From assembly GCA_937892085.1 (NCBI GenBank), contig CALAVD010000368.1, forward strand, positions 1 to 33,328: a stretch of 33,328 nt of DNA, read 5' to 3'. The notes beneath the pieces were generated by a model. That model searched no databases, was not told the DNA's origin, and was given only the letters and a program-made list of their open reading frames with translations. This DNA comes from an uncultured Prevotellaceae bacterium (GTDB lineage: Bacteria > Bacteroidota > Bacteroidia > Bacteroidales > Muribaculaceae). Shown in pieces: positions 1-8,344 of this stretch. The stretch's first letter is position 1; each line of letters starts with the position of its first letter. A program made the position numbers and the translations under genes.

Positions 1-53
1 ACAAAAACAGCCAAGAACCCATCTCAACATTTTATTAATTTATAGAACCCACC
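1..53. repeat. Right end of a MITE-like dispersed repeat, truncated by the window edge
   Basis: Bases 1-53 are identical to 28782-28834, the right part of the inverted-repeat-bounded element at 28656-28838. Confidence 0.85.
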
Positions 54-110
54 ATAAATAATTCTCTGTTGAATTAAGCGTCATTTGTGATTGATAATGT
101 GAAATGTGTA

Positions 111-142
111 TTGTGCGTTGTGAATTATTTTTACTAAATTTG
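111..142 (+). promoter_or_regulatory. Probable Bacteroidetes housekeeping promoter for leuS
   Basis: TAAATTTG (135-142) matches the -7 consensus TAnnTTTG; TTG at 111-113 is 21 nt upstream. Confidence 0.6.
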
Positions 143-182
143 CAAGTTCAATGAAAAATCATAAAAAATATAAGATATAAAG

Positions 183-2954
183 ATGGAATATAATTTTAAC
201 GAGATTGAGAAAAAGTGGCAACAGTACTGGAAGGACAACAACACCTATAAGGTTGACATCGACGAGAGCAAGCCTAAGTTCTATGTTCTCGACATGTTTC
301 CTTATCCCAGTGGCGCCGGCTTGCATGTGGGACATCCATTAGGCTACATCGCCAGCGACATATATGCACGCTACAAGCGCCACAAGGGCTTTAACGTGCT
401 GCATCCCATGGGATATGATGCCTACGGCCTGCCAGCCGAGCAGTATGCCATCCAAACTGGTCAGCACCCTGAGATTACTACCAACGAGAATATCGCGCGC
501 TATCGTGAGCAGCTCGACAAGATAGGCTTCTGCTATGACTGGGACCGTGAGGTGCGCACCTGCGACCCTAAATACTACAAATGGACACAATGGGCATTCC
601 TCAAGATGTTCAACTCTTACTACTGTAACCAGGCTCAGCAGGCTCGCCCCATCAGCGAGCTGGTAGAGCTCTTTGCCAAGCAGGGTACCGAGGGGCTGGA
701 CTTGGCGCAGAGCGAGGACCTGACGTTTACCGCCAAGGAGTGGAACGCCATGACTCAGGCACAGAAGAATGACGTGCTGATGAACTACCGCATCGCCTAC
801 TTAGGCAACACTATGGTGAACTGGTGCCCTCAGTTAGGTACCGTGCTTGCCAACGACGAGGTGAGCGAGGGCGTGTCGGTGCGCGGAGGATACCCCGTGG
901 AGCAGAAGGTAATGCGCCAGTGGTGCCTGCGCGTGAGCGCCTACGCCGGTCGCCTGTTGCGTGACCTCGACACCATTGAGTGGAGCGACTCTATCAAGGA
1001 GACGCAGAAGAACTGGATAGGCTACAGCGAGGGAGCCGAGATGCTTTTCCCAATCGTAGGTAGCGAGGAGCAACTGCTCATCTTCACCACCCGTGCCGAC
1101 ACCATCTTTGGTGTCACCTTCATGGTGCTCGCCCCCGAAAGCGACTATGTGTCGAAGGTGGTGACCACCGAGCAGCGTGCCGCCGTGGATGCCTACCTTA
1201 ATGAGGTGAAGCACAAGACCGAGCGTGAGCGCCTCATCGAGAAGAAGGTGAGTGGCGTTTTTAGCGGCAGCTATGCCCTCAACCCCGTCACTGGCAAGGA
1301 GATTCCCATCTACATCAGCGACTATGTGCTGGCGGGCTACGGCACTGGCGCCATCATGGAGGTGCCTGCGCACGACAGCCGCGACTACGCCTTCGCTAAA
1401 CATTTTGACCTTCCCATTATCCCACTTATTGAGGGTGCCGACGTTAGCGAGGAGAGCTTCGACGCCAAAGACGGCATAATGATGAACTCCAGTAACGAGC
1501 GCTTGCAGCTCAACGGCTTGCAGGTGAAAGATGCCATCGCCAAGACCAAAGAATATATCGCTGAAACTGGCATCGGCAAGGTGAAGGTGAACTACCGCTT
1601 GCGCGACGCCATCTTCAGCCGCCAGCGCTACTGGGGCGAGCCATTCCCCATCTATTACGACGAGAACGGACAGCCACAAGCCCTCGACGAGAGCGAGCTG
1701 CCATTGCAGCTGCCCGAGGTGGACAAGTTCCTGCCCACCGAAACTGGCGAGCCGCCACTGGGGCGCGCCAAGAATTGGGTGGCAAGCAACGGTCGTCCGC
1801 TCGAACTCAATACCATGCCAGGCTTTGCCGGCTCAAGCGCCTACTACCTGCGCTACATGGACCCACATAATGACGAGGCTCTTGTAAGCAAGCGCGCCGA
1901 TGAGTATTGGCGACAGGTTGACCTCTATGTGGGTGGCACCGAGCATGCCACCGGTCACTTGATTTACAGCCGTTTCTGGAACAAGTTCCTCTACGACTAC
2001 GGCTATGTGTGCGAGCCCGAGCCTTTCCGCAAACTCGTGAACCAGGGTATGATTCAAGGTCGCTCAAACTTCGTTTACCGCATCAAGGACACCAATAAGT
2101 TTGTGTCGTTCAACCTCAAGAACGACTATGATGTCACACCTATCCATGTGGATATAAAGTTGGTGTATGACGACGTGCTCAACCTTGAGGACTTCAAGGC
2201 ATGGAGACCCGAGTTTGCCGATGCCGAGTTCATTCTCGAGGATGGCAAGTACATCTGCGGTTGGGCGATAGAAAAGATGTCGAAGTCGATGTTTAACGTG
2301 GTGAACCCCGATGACATTGTGGAGCGCTATGGTGCCGACACCTTGCGACTCAACGAAATGTTCCTGGGCCCCATCGAGCAGAGCAAGCCCTGGGACATCC
2401 ATGGCATCGACGGCGTGAGCCGCTTCCTCAAGCGCCTGTGGGGATTGTTCTTCAAAGGCGACGAGATGCAGCTCACCGACGAGCAACCCAGCGCCGAAGC
2501 CCTGAAGTCGATTCACAAACTCATCAAGAAGGTGTCGCAAGACATCGAGGTGTTCTCCTACAACACCAGCGTGGCGGCGTTCATGATTTGCTCCAACGAG
2601 CTTAAAGACATGAAGTGCAAGAGCAAGAGCGTGTATCGCGACTTCGTGGTGCTGCTCGCACCATTCGCACCCCACATCGCCGAGGAGCTGTGGCACGTGT
2701 TAGGTGAGGAAGGCACCGTGTGCGACGCGCAGTGGCCCACTTGGAACGAGGAATACCTCAAAGAGAGCGTAGCGAAATACACTGTGCTCTTCAACGGCAA
2801 GCCCCGCTACAACATTGAGGTTCCCACTGGCACCGCTGGCGACGAGGTGCAGAAGATAGCCCTCAGCCACGAAGGTGCAGCACGCTGGCTCGACGGCAAG
2901 CAGCCCAAGAAAGTCATCGTGGTTCCCAACAAAATCGTGAATGTGGTAGTGTAG
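183..2954 (+). CDS. leuS: Leucine--tRNA ligase
   Basis: 923 aa; [14 protein letters not shown] (HIGH-type), [15 protein letters not shown], editing-domain FTTRADT and C-terminal VPNKIVNVV. Confidence 0.98.
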   Translation: MEYNFNEIEKKWQQYWKDNNTYKVDIDESKPKFYVLDMFPYPSGAGLHVGHPLGYIASDIYARYKRHKGFNVLHPMGYDAYGLPAEQYAIQTGQHPEITTNENIARYREQLDKIGFCYDWDREVRTCDPKYYKWTQWAFLKMFNSYYCNQAQQARPISELVELFAKQGTEGLDLAQSEDLTFTAKEWNAMTQAQKNDVLMNYRIAYLGNTMVNWCPQLGTVLANDEVSEGVSVRGGYPVEQKVMRQWCLRVSAYAGRLLRDLDTIEWSDSIKETQKNWIGYSEGAEMLFPIVGSEEQLLIFTTRADTIFGVTFMVLAPESDYVSKVVTTEQRAAVDAYLNEVKHKTERERLIEKKVSGVFSGSYALNPVTGKEIPIYISDYVLAGYGTGAIMEVPAHDSRDYAFAKHFDLPIIPLIEGADVSEESFDAKDGIMMNSSNERLQLNGLQVKDAIAKTKEYIAETGIGKVKVNYRLRDAIFSRQRYWGEPFPIYYDENGQPQALDESELPLQLPEVDKFLPTETGEPPLGRAKNWVASNGRPLELNTMPGFAGSSAYYLRYMDPHNDEALVSKRADEYWRQVDLYVGGTEHATGHLIYSRFWNKFLYDYGYVCEPEPFRKLVNQGMIQGRSNFVYRIKDTNKFVSFNLKNDYDVTPIHVDIKLVYDDVLNLEDFKAWRPEFADAEFILEDGKYICGWAIEKMSKSMFNVVNPDDIVERYGADTLRLNEMFLGPIEQSKPWDIHGIDGVSRFLKRLWGLFFKGDEMQLTDEQPSAEALKSIHKLIKKVSQDIEVFSYNTSVAAFMICSNELKDMKCKSKSVYRDFVVLLAPFAPHIAEELWHVLGEEGTVCDAQWPTWNEEYLKESVAKYTVLFNGKPRYNIEVPTGTAGDEVQKIALSHEGAARWLDGKQPKKVIVVPNKIVNVVV

Positions 2955-2976
2955 CCTGCAAGTTGACAAGGAACAA

Positions 2977-3020
2977 GCTAATGCATAATTGCGTTAGTCG
3001 CTCGAAGGGCGTGCTTTTTT
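2977..3020 (+). terminator. Possible intrinsic terminator of leuS
   Basis: Two short hairpins (GCTAATGCA/TGCGTTAGT; CGCTC/GGGCG) followed by GCTTTTTT. Confidence 0.4.
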
Positions 3021-3171
3021 AGACATAAGAACATAAGTACATATTCTTTGTAGCCGGTCTTCGCACTTAAAATTTTGATGAAAATTAAATAAAAAATTAG
3101 TTATCAGCGAATATGAAATTTTAAAATAAATTTTCATTCAATTTTAAGCGAAGTGCCCCCATGCAGGCGGC

Positions 3172-3223
3172 CAGCTTGTTTACTCGTTAGCTCGTCCCTT
3201 GTCAGCTTGTTTACTCGTTAGCT
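3172..3223 (+). repeat. 21-bp direct repeat, two copies, period 31
   Basis: CAGCTTGTTTACTCGTTAGCT at 3172-3192 and 3203-3223, ending 8 nt before the ATG at 3232. Confidence 0.85.
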
Positions 3224-3231
3224 AAATAATA

Positions 3232-4233
3232 ATGAAAAAAGAGCGACTCCCCTGGCTCGACTATGTGAGGTTTTTCAGTATCTTCTTAGTGATACTGTTT
3301 CACACGCCTCCGCAGACGCCAATCATGGATGGCAAGATTATCATCAACTTGCGCATCCCGCTCTTCTTTTGCATCTCAGGATTCCTGTTCAACATAGCCA
3401 AGTATAGCTCTTTCGGACAATTCTTCCGGCATCGAGGCAAGCAGATTTTGGTTCCTTACGTCACTTTCTTTGTCGTCTTCTATGTGCTGTGGTTGCTATT
3501 TGGCAAGCAACTCGGCGACGACGACGTGGCATGGTGGCAGCCTTTGCTCGATTTCGTAAAAGGCGAGCCTCACACCGTGCTCGGCACCTTCTGGTACCTC
3601 TCGTGCCTGATGGTGATGCAAATTCTCTACTACTTCATGCAGCGCTGGTTGCCCTCGCAGTGGCTCTTCCCCGTGAGCATCCTGCTCTCGGTGGCAGCAA
3701 TCAACTGTCCACTCGAGAACTACTGGCACGTGTGGAACGCTATGGTGTATATGCCATTCTATGCCTTTGGAAACAGCTTCAAGCGCTATATATCGGGGGT
3801 GGAGTTCTCCACTCCTCAACGCACGGCGGTGCTCCTTGCTTTAGCACTCGTCTCGCTCGTGGCGATGGCGTTTAGCATCTACATCGAGGAGAAGAACAGC
3901 ATGAACGCTATCAAGATAGGCTGCGGCGTGATGGTAATCCCCACCTACATAGCCCTCGCCAAGTGGCTCGCCAAGCGCTACGGTCGCAATCGCGTCATTG
4001 AGCTCGTAGTGATGAACGGCACCGTCTATCTCGCTTTCCAGAACCACTCTATAGGCTTCATCAAGGTGCTGCTCGAGCGCGCCTTCTACACTGGCGTGAT
4101 GGACAACCACATCTGGATAAAATTCTTAGCGCCGTTCATCATCATGGCCATCATCTACCCCTTCGCCTGGTTCATCCACCACCACGCCCCCTGGATGCTC
4201 GGCAAGAAAAAAGAAGAGACGCTGAGTTTTTAA
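3232..4233 (+). CDS. Acyltransferase family 3 membrane protein (probable O-acyltransferase)
   Basis: 333 aa, multiple TM segments; RLPWLDYVR..IFLVILFH, IPLFFCISGFL, ILVPY and FWYL motifs typical of Acyl_transf_3. Confidence 0.85.
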   Translation: MKKERLPWLDYVRFFSIFLVILFHTPPQTPIMDGKIIINLRIPLFFCISGFLFNIAKYSSFGQFFRHRGKQILVPYVTFFVVFYVLWLLFGKQLGDDDVAWWQPLLDFVKGEPHTVLGTFWYLSCLMVMQILYYFMQRWLPSQWLFPVSILLSVAAINCPLENYWHVWNAMVYMPFYAFGNSFKRYISGVEFSTPQRTAVLLALALVSLVAMAFSIYIEEKNSMNAIKIGCGVMVIPTYIALAKWLAKRYGRNRVIELVVMNGTVYLAFQNHSIGFIKVLLERAFYTGVMDNHIWIKFLAPFIIMAIIYPFAWFIHHHAPWMLGKKKEETLSF

Positions 4234-4247
4234 GTTATAAGTGTTAA

Positions 4248-4271
4248 GTAGGGACAAGGCAGGCCTTGTCC
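4248..4271 (+). repeat. GTAG-type REP-like palindrome
   Basis: GTAG followed by a perfect 9-bp stem GGACAAGGC-AG-GCCTTGTCC. Confidence 0.6.
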
Positions 4272-4272
4272 G

Positions 4273-4317
4273 CTATATAATCTATAAATTCTATAACTTC
4301 TATAAATTCTATAATTT
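4273..4317 (+). repeat. Tandem 9-mer repeat (CTATAAATT-like, 5 copies)
   Basis: ctatataat ctataaatt ctataactt ctataaatt ctataattt, upstream of rdgB. Confidence 0.8.
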
Positions 4318-4335
4318 ATAGAAAAAATATATAAA

Positions 4336-4923
4336 ATGAAAGATATAGTATTTGCTACTAATAATGAGCATAAGCTCAGTGAATTGCGCCAGTTGATGGC
4401 TGGCAAGTATAATGTGTTGAGTCTTGCCGACATAGGTTGCCACGACGACATCCCCGAGACGTCTCCCACTATCGAGGGTAATGCCATGATTAAGGCACAG
4501 TGGGTAAAGGAGCACTACGGCTATGACTGCTTCAGCGACGACACCGGGCTGGAAATTGACGCGCTTGGTGGAGAGCCAGGCGTGCACTCGGCACGTTATG
4601 GCGGCGTGGCGCACGATAGCGAGCGCAACATCGACAAGGTGCTGCGACTGCTCGAGGGCGTGCCCATGGAGAAGCGCACGGCACGCTTCCGCACCGCCAT
4701 TGTCCTCATCATGGATGGTGAGACCCACCAGTTTGAGGGCAAGGTGGAGGGCCACATCCTCACCGAGCGACATGGTGCTGGAGGCTTCGGCTACGACCCC
4801 ATCTTCAAACCCGATGAGGCCTCTTGCGCCTTTGGCGAAATGACCGCCGAGCAGAAGAACCGCATCAGCCACCGCGGGCGCGCCGTAGCCCGCCTCACCG
4901 CCTTCTTAGGAGCCACTGATTAG
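4336..4923 (+). CDS. rdgB: Non-canonical purine NTP pyrophosphatase (RdgB/HAM1)
   Basis: 195 aa; FATNNEHK, SDDTGL, PGVHSARY, FGYDPIF and KNRISHRG motifs. Confidence 0.97.
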   Translation: MKDIVFATNNEHKLSELRQLMAGKYNVLSLADIGCHDDIPETSPTIEGNAMIKAQWVKEHYGYDCFSDDTGLEIDALGGEPGVHSARYGGVAHDSERNIDKVLRLLEGVPMEKRTARFRTAIVLIMDGETHQFEGKVEGHILTERHGAGGFGYDPIFKPDEASCAFGEMTAEQKNRISHRGRAVARLTAFLGATD

Positions 4924-5627
4924 TTTTCGCTGATGGGTTGCTGGTGGTGCTTGATGTTTTGCACCTGGTGGTTTTTGATGGTGACAACGGCGATTTCTAC
5001 AGGGCTGCTTTTTCTGAAATGTTCCACTTTGTAAATGAATGACTTGTCGCCTACTTTCAGTTTCACATTGCACACCCCAAATTGCCGGTCGTTGTAGTTG
5101 TCGATGGCGAACTCATAATCTCCATCGGCAAGTTGATTGGCATTAGGCCAAGCTATGTTTTCGATGCCTTTGCCTCGAGGACTTTGCATATCCACGTCGA
5201 GTTGCCCGCCACAGCGGGTGCGTCGTGGTCGGCGGTAGCTGTCAAAATAGATGTGAGAGCCGCCTGGTTCGCGAGCGTGTGCGTCGAGGTCCACGAGGTC
5301 ACGCCCATTCTCGTTCCACATGATGGTAAATCGCATGAAAGCGTCGGTGTCGCCACCTCTGTTATCCACTTCACGGTCCATTTCGTCGCTAACCTCCTCA
5401 CTGACGCTGTCGCGCACATGTATTATGGAGTCGACGACTACTGTGGTGTCGTTTTCGCCATGATGGTAGGTTCCCTTGCAGTTGTAAGGCAGCATGATGA
5501 GCAGTGCCAGCGCTATGAGATTGAGCACACCTAAAATGACACACATCCAAGTGAGGCGGCGTTTGCGTCTTTCCTTCTCGGTCATTGTTTTAACCGGCTT
5601 GGGAGTATTATTTGTATTCTTAGCCAT
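4920..5627 (-). CDS. Membrane-anchored protein with YfaP/DUF2135-like C-terminal domain
   Basis: 235 aa; basic N-terminus, one TM helix (LTWMCVILGVLNLIALALLIML), then FTIMW..VDLDAH..EP.G..IYF..GGQLDVD..GIENIAW..GDY, the YfaP/DUF2135 signature. Confidence 0.7.
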   Translation of the reverse strand: MAKNTNNTPKPVKTMTEKERRKRRLTWMCVILGVLNLIALALLIMLPYNCKGTYHHGENDTTVVVDSIIHVRDSVSEEVSDEMDREVDNRGGDTDAFMRFTIMWNENGRDLVDLDAHAREPGGSHIYFDSYRRPRRTRCGGQLDVDMQSPRGKGIENIAWPNANQLADGDYEFAIDNYNDRQFGVCNVKLKVGDKSFIYKVEHFRKSSPVEIAVVTIKNHQVQNIKHHQQPISEN

Positions 5628-5652
5628 AATCGTTAAGCCTTAATGATTTGTA

Positions 5653-6597
5653 TTATTGATGATGTTTTATTGAGTCTTGTGAAGTATGTTTTAAAGCGAC
5701 AGTGTCGGTATCGGGACGTGCCTCTACCGAGCTGTTGTTTCTTAGAGTTTTCTTAGCGATGGTAGCATTGTCGATGACCTCAGTAGCCGGTTTTATTTTC
5801 ACGCCATCGTCACCGGGACCATTGTTTCTCATAAAGTAGTAGGTCACGCCAGTGGCAAGCGCCGCGCCAAGTAGAAAGGTTATTACCGGCACGCCAAGCT
5901 TTGAGATGTAGGCTTTGTGCTGCGAGTTGCCAGTGTTGGTGGCAGCGTTGGCTGGCGATTGCATGCTATATGCTCTGCTGATGGGTGAGGTGAGCAGTGG
6001 CACGCCAGGCACGGTGTTGTTGCACCACATCTTGTTGATGAGGAACACCTCGCCATAGAGGTCATACTCCTTCTGCTGCGGAAACTGGAAGATATCGTAG
6101 AGTTCCTCGTCAGTGCTATACACACGGAATGCCTGCTGGCTGAGAGCTTGCACCGGCGTGATGCGCAGTGGCTCAGCATTGACGACGGGCATAGAGCTGG
6201 CGATGAGGCATTGCTCCACCGCCTCTACAGTGAAGCGGTTAGTGTCGAGGACGTTGGTCTTGAGCAGGTTGAGCAGTTCGAAAATCGCCTTACCATTGAC
6301 AATCGACTCATATTGCGCTCCTATCATCACGGTGATGGCTACATATCCCTGCCTTGCGTCGCGATCATAGCGGGTGAGAAGAGAGAAATAGGTGCCGTTA
6401 ACGTCGCGGTGCACCTTGTAGCCATGTTTTGCTATAGGGAACAGCGTCCTGATAGCTCGTGGGTCGGTGACGGGGTTGAGCCATAATAGTGCCGCGGAGT
6501 CCATGACGTTGTAAGGCTCGGGATAAGTGAGCTTGTGTATCGTGTCGGCATTGAACTGTCCGTAGAAGTCTATTTTGAGATAGTTGTAGTGTGACAT
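5653..6597 (-). CDS. Hypothetical C-terminally anchored membrane protein; possible GTPase-associated (GAP1-N-like) domain
   Basis: 314 aa; globular N-terminal part with FYGQF and YDRDARQGYVAITV, TM helix PVITFLLGAALATGVTYYF. The domain call is an inference from motif and adjacency to a GTPase. Confidence 0.6.
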   Translation of the reverse strand: MSHYNYLKIDFYGQFNADTIHKLTYPEPYNVMDSAALLWLNPVTDPRAIRTLFPIAKHGYKVHRDVNGTYFSLLTRYDRDARQGYVAITVMIGAQYESIVNGKAIFELLNLLKTNVLDTNRFTVEAVEQCLIASSMPVVNAEPLRITPVQALSQQAFRVYSTDEELYDIFQFPQQKEYDLYGEVFLINKMWCNNTVPGVPLLTSPISRAYSMQSPANAATNTGNSQHKAYISKLGVPVITFLLGAALATGVTYYFMRNNGPGDDGVKIKPATEVIDNATIAKKTLRNNSSVEARPDTDTVALKHTSQDSIKHHQ

Positions 6598-6600
6598 AGT

Positions 6601-6635
6601 TAAGTGTCAAGTGTCAAGTGTTAGGTGTTAAGCAC
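6601..6635. repeat. Heptamer tandem repeat (TAAGTGT-like, 5 copies)
   Basis: taagtgt caagtgt caagtgt taggtgt taagcac, 3 nt from the minus-strand ATG at 6597. Confidence 0.75.
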
Positions 6636-6656
6636 TTAATGCTTATGACTGATTTT

Positions 6657-8288
6657 TCACATTCTTAAAAAATTATTTTTTCTTATTGTCGGTGTCTTAG
6701 CGATGAGCACATCCATCACAGCATCGACAAAGCTGTCGTCGTAGCGGCAAATCTTGCCGGCAAAGACCTCGCCAATAGAGAACGGTATCACCTTGAAATC
6801 GTTGATGCCAGCATCCTCGCATGCCACTCGCAGATTGTGGTAGAACGAGGCGAGGTTGTTCTGCACATATCGCTCAGCATTGTTGACTACCAACTCGTGA
6901 GGGCAGTGCATCTTGTCGCACTTCGTGACAAGGATATACACTCCAGCAGAGTTTTTCAGAATCTTGTTGTTCTTGAAGTAGAGCGAGCAGGCATGCAGGT
7001 AATCGCGCATGTAAAGCCCTTCCCATTGCGTGGTTTCAGCACCATACTCCACTACAAAGAAGTGAATCTTGGGATTGGTACCGTCGGCGAGAAACTTCAT
7101 CACATGAGCAAGTGTGTCGTTATGTTCCTGATCAAGGAACATATCGTTCATGCTGGAGTAGATGGCGCGGAATATCTCGCCGGCAATGTCGATGAAGGTG
7201 GCGCGGTGCAGTCGCTTTTTAGAGTCGGCGATGGTAAACACCATTTCCTGGATGACATTGACAATGGTGCTCGGCGGCAGACTGCAATACTTGCTGTGAG
7301 GTCCAAACACGTTGCGCAGCTGCGTCATGTAGTGATAGCCCTGACACTGCTGTGGCTCAAGGTAGTAGTCGTTCATGGCGCCACACAATAAAGAGCCGAG
7401 AGCACAGGTTTTTCCTGACGACGGTGTGCCCCAAAAATACACCTCGGTAGAGCCCTTAGTGAGAGAGGCGGGGATGTTGGGGTTGGGCTGTATGTTTCTA
7501 TCAACAAAGTTCTGAATAGCCATCGCCCGCTCGCTGCCGTAAGTCTTAATCACGTCGCCCCAGTCAATTATATTGGTCGCTACCGCCTTTTGTATCTCGT
7601 CGGCATTGCGCAGGTCGTTAATCATATCGGCGACAAAAGTGTCGTGGTTAGAAGTAGCATCTATGCGCTCTTGAGCTTGAGCCTTGAACTTGCCTTGCGG
7701 ATGCGCTGCAAGATAGACTCTGAAGGCAGCGGTGCTGGCGGTGAGCAGGGCATTTTGCCAATCTTTTTCGTCGGTAATGGCTTCGCGCATCAGTGCTATC
7801 TCTGCGCTGTGTTTGCCTGGAAATGCCTGCTCATAGGACTCGATGCTGTCGAGAGTGGGCTGGCTCTTAAGCTGAGCCCAGTCGGGGTCGTCAATCATCT
7901 CCTTGCACTCGTTGATGTGTTTCCCTCCCAATGGCGTGTAAAACTCAAGATACTGCTTGAGCAAGGGAAGCGAGCCGCTGTCAAGGATATTTTTCCAAAA
8001 GTGCTCCTCGCCCGATATTAATGACTGCCGGCATGGCTCAGCAAAGTTTCCGTGAGGATATATATTGAGATAGCTGAAGAAGTGTGTGGCTTCCCCACTC
8101 TGGCATGCTTTAGTCCACAGCTGGTCCTCCTCGGCTTTGAGCCTCTGCTCAATGGCATCGATTTTCTCGGGAGCGAGCTGAATCCTCTTCAATTCGTTGA
8201 GGGTGATGATGCCTCGCTTTATCGACGTGACGAGGGTAGGCACTGGCACACCAGGAGCTATGCTTAATATTTGTTCTTTGGTGGGCAT
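6657..8288 (-). CDS. TRAFAC-class GTPase domain protein with four N-terminal helical repeats
   Basis: 543 aa; G1 GTPSSGKT, G2-like PPST, G3 DIAGE, G4 TKCD, G5-like FSIG; four W..a....t.....YL..yP.G.h repeats in aa ~55-210. Confidence 0.8.
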   Translation of the reverse strand: MPTKEQILSIAPGVPVPTLVTSIKRGIITLNELKRIQLAPEKIDAIEQRLKAEEDQLWTKACQSGEATHFFSYLNIYPHGNFAEPCRQSLISGEEHFWKNILDSGSLPLLKQYLEFYTPLGGKHINECKEMIDDPDWAQLKSQPTLDSIESYEQAFPGKHSAEIALMREAITDEKDWQNALLTASTAAFRVYLAAHPQGKFKAQAQERIDATSNHDTFVADMINDLRNADEIQKAVATNIIDWGDVIKTYGSERAMAIQNFVDRNIQPNPNIPASLTKGSTEVYFWGTPSSGKTCALGSLLCGAMNDYYLEPQQCQGYHYMTQLRNVFGPHSKYCSLPPSTIVNVIQEMVFTIADSKKRLHRATFIDIAGEIFRAIYSSMNDMFLDQEHNDTLAHVMKFLADGTNPKIHFFVVEYGAETTQWEGLYMRDYLHACSLYFKNNKILKNSAGVYILVTKCDKMHCPHELVVNNAERYVQNNLASFYHNLRVACEDAGINDFKVIPFSIGEVFAGKICRYDDSFVDAVMDVLIAKTPTIRKNNFLRM

Positions 8289-8344
8289 GTAAGAGTTTTT
8301 AGTTTAGAGTTTAGGGGTTCATTTTTCTCCGTTTCCCGTTGCAT

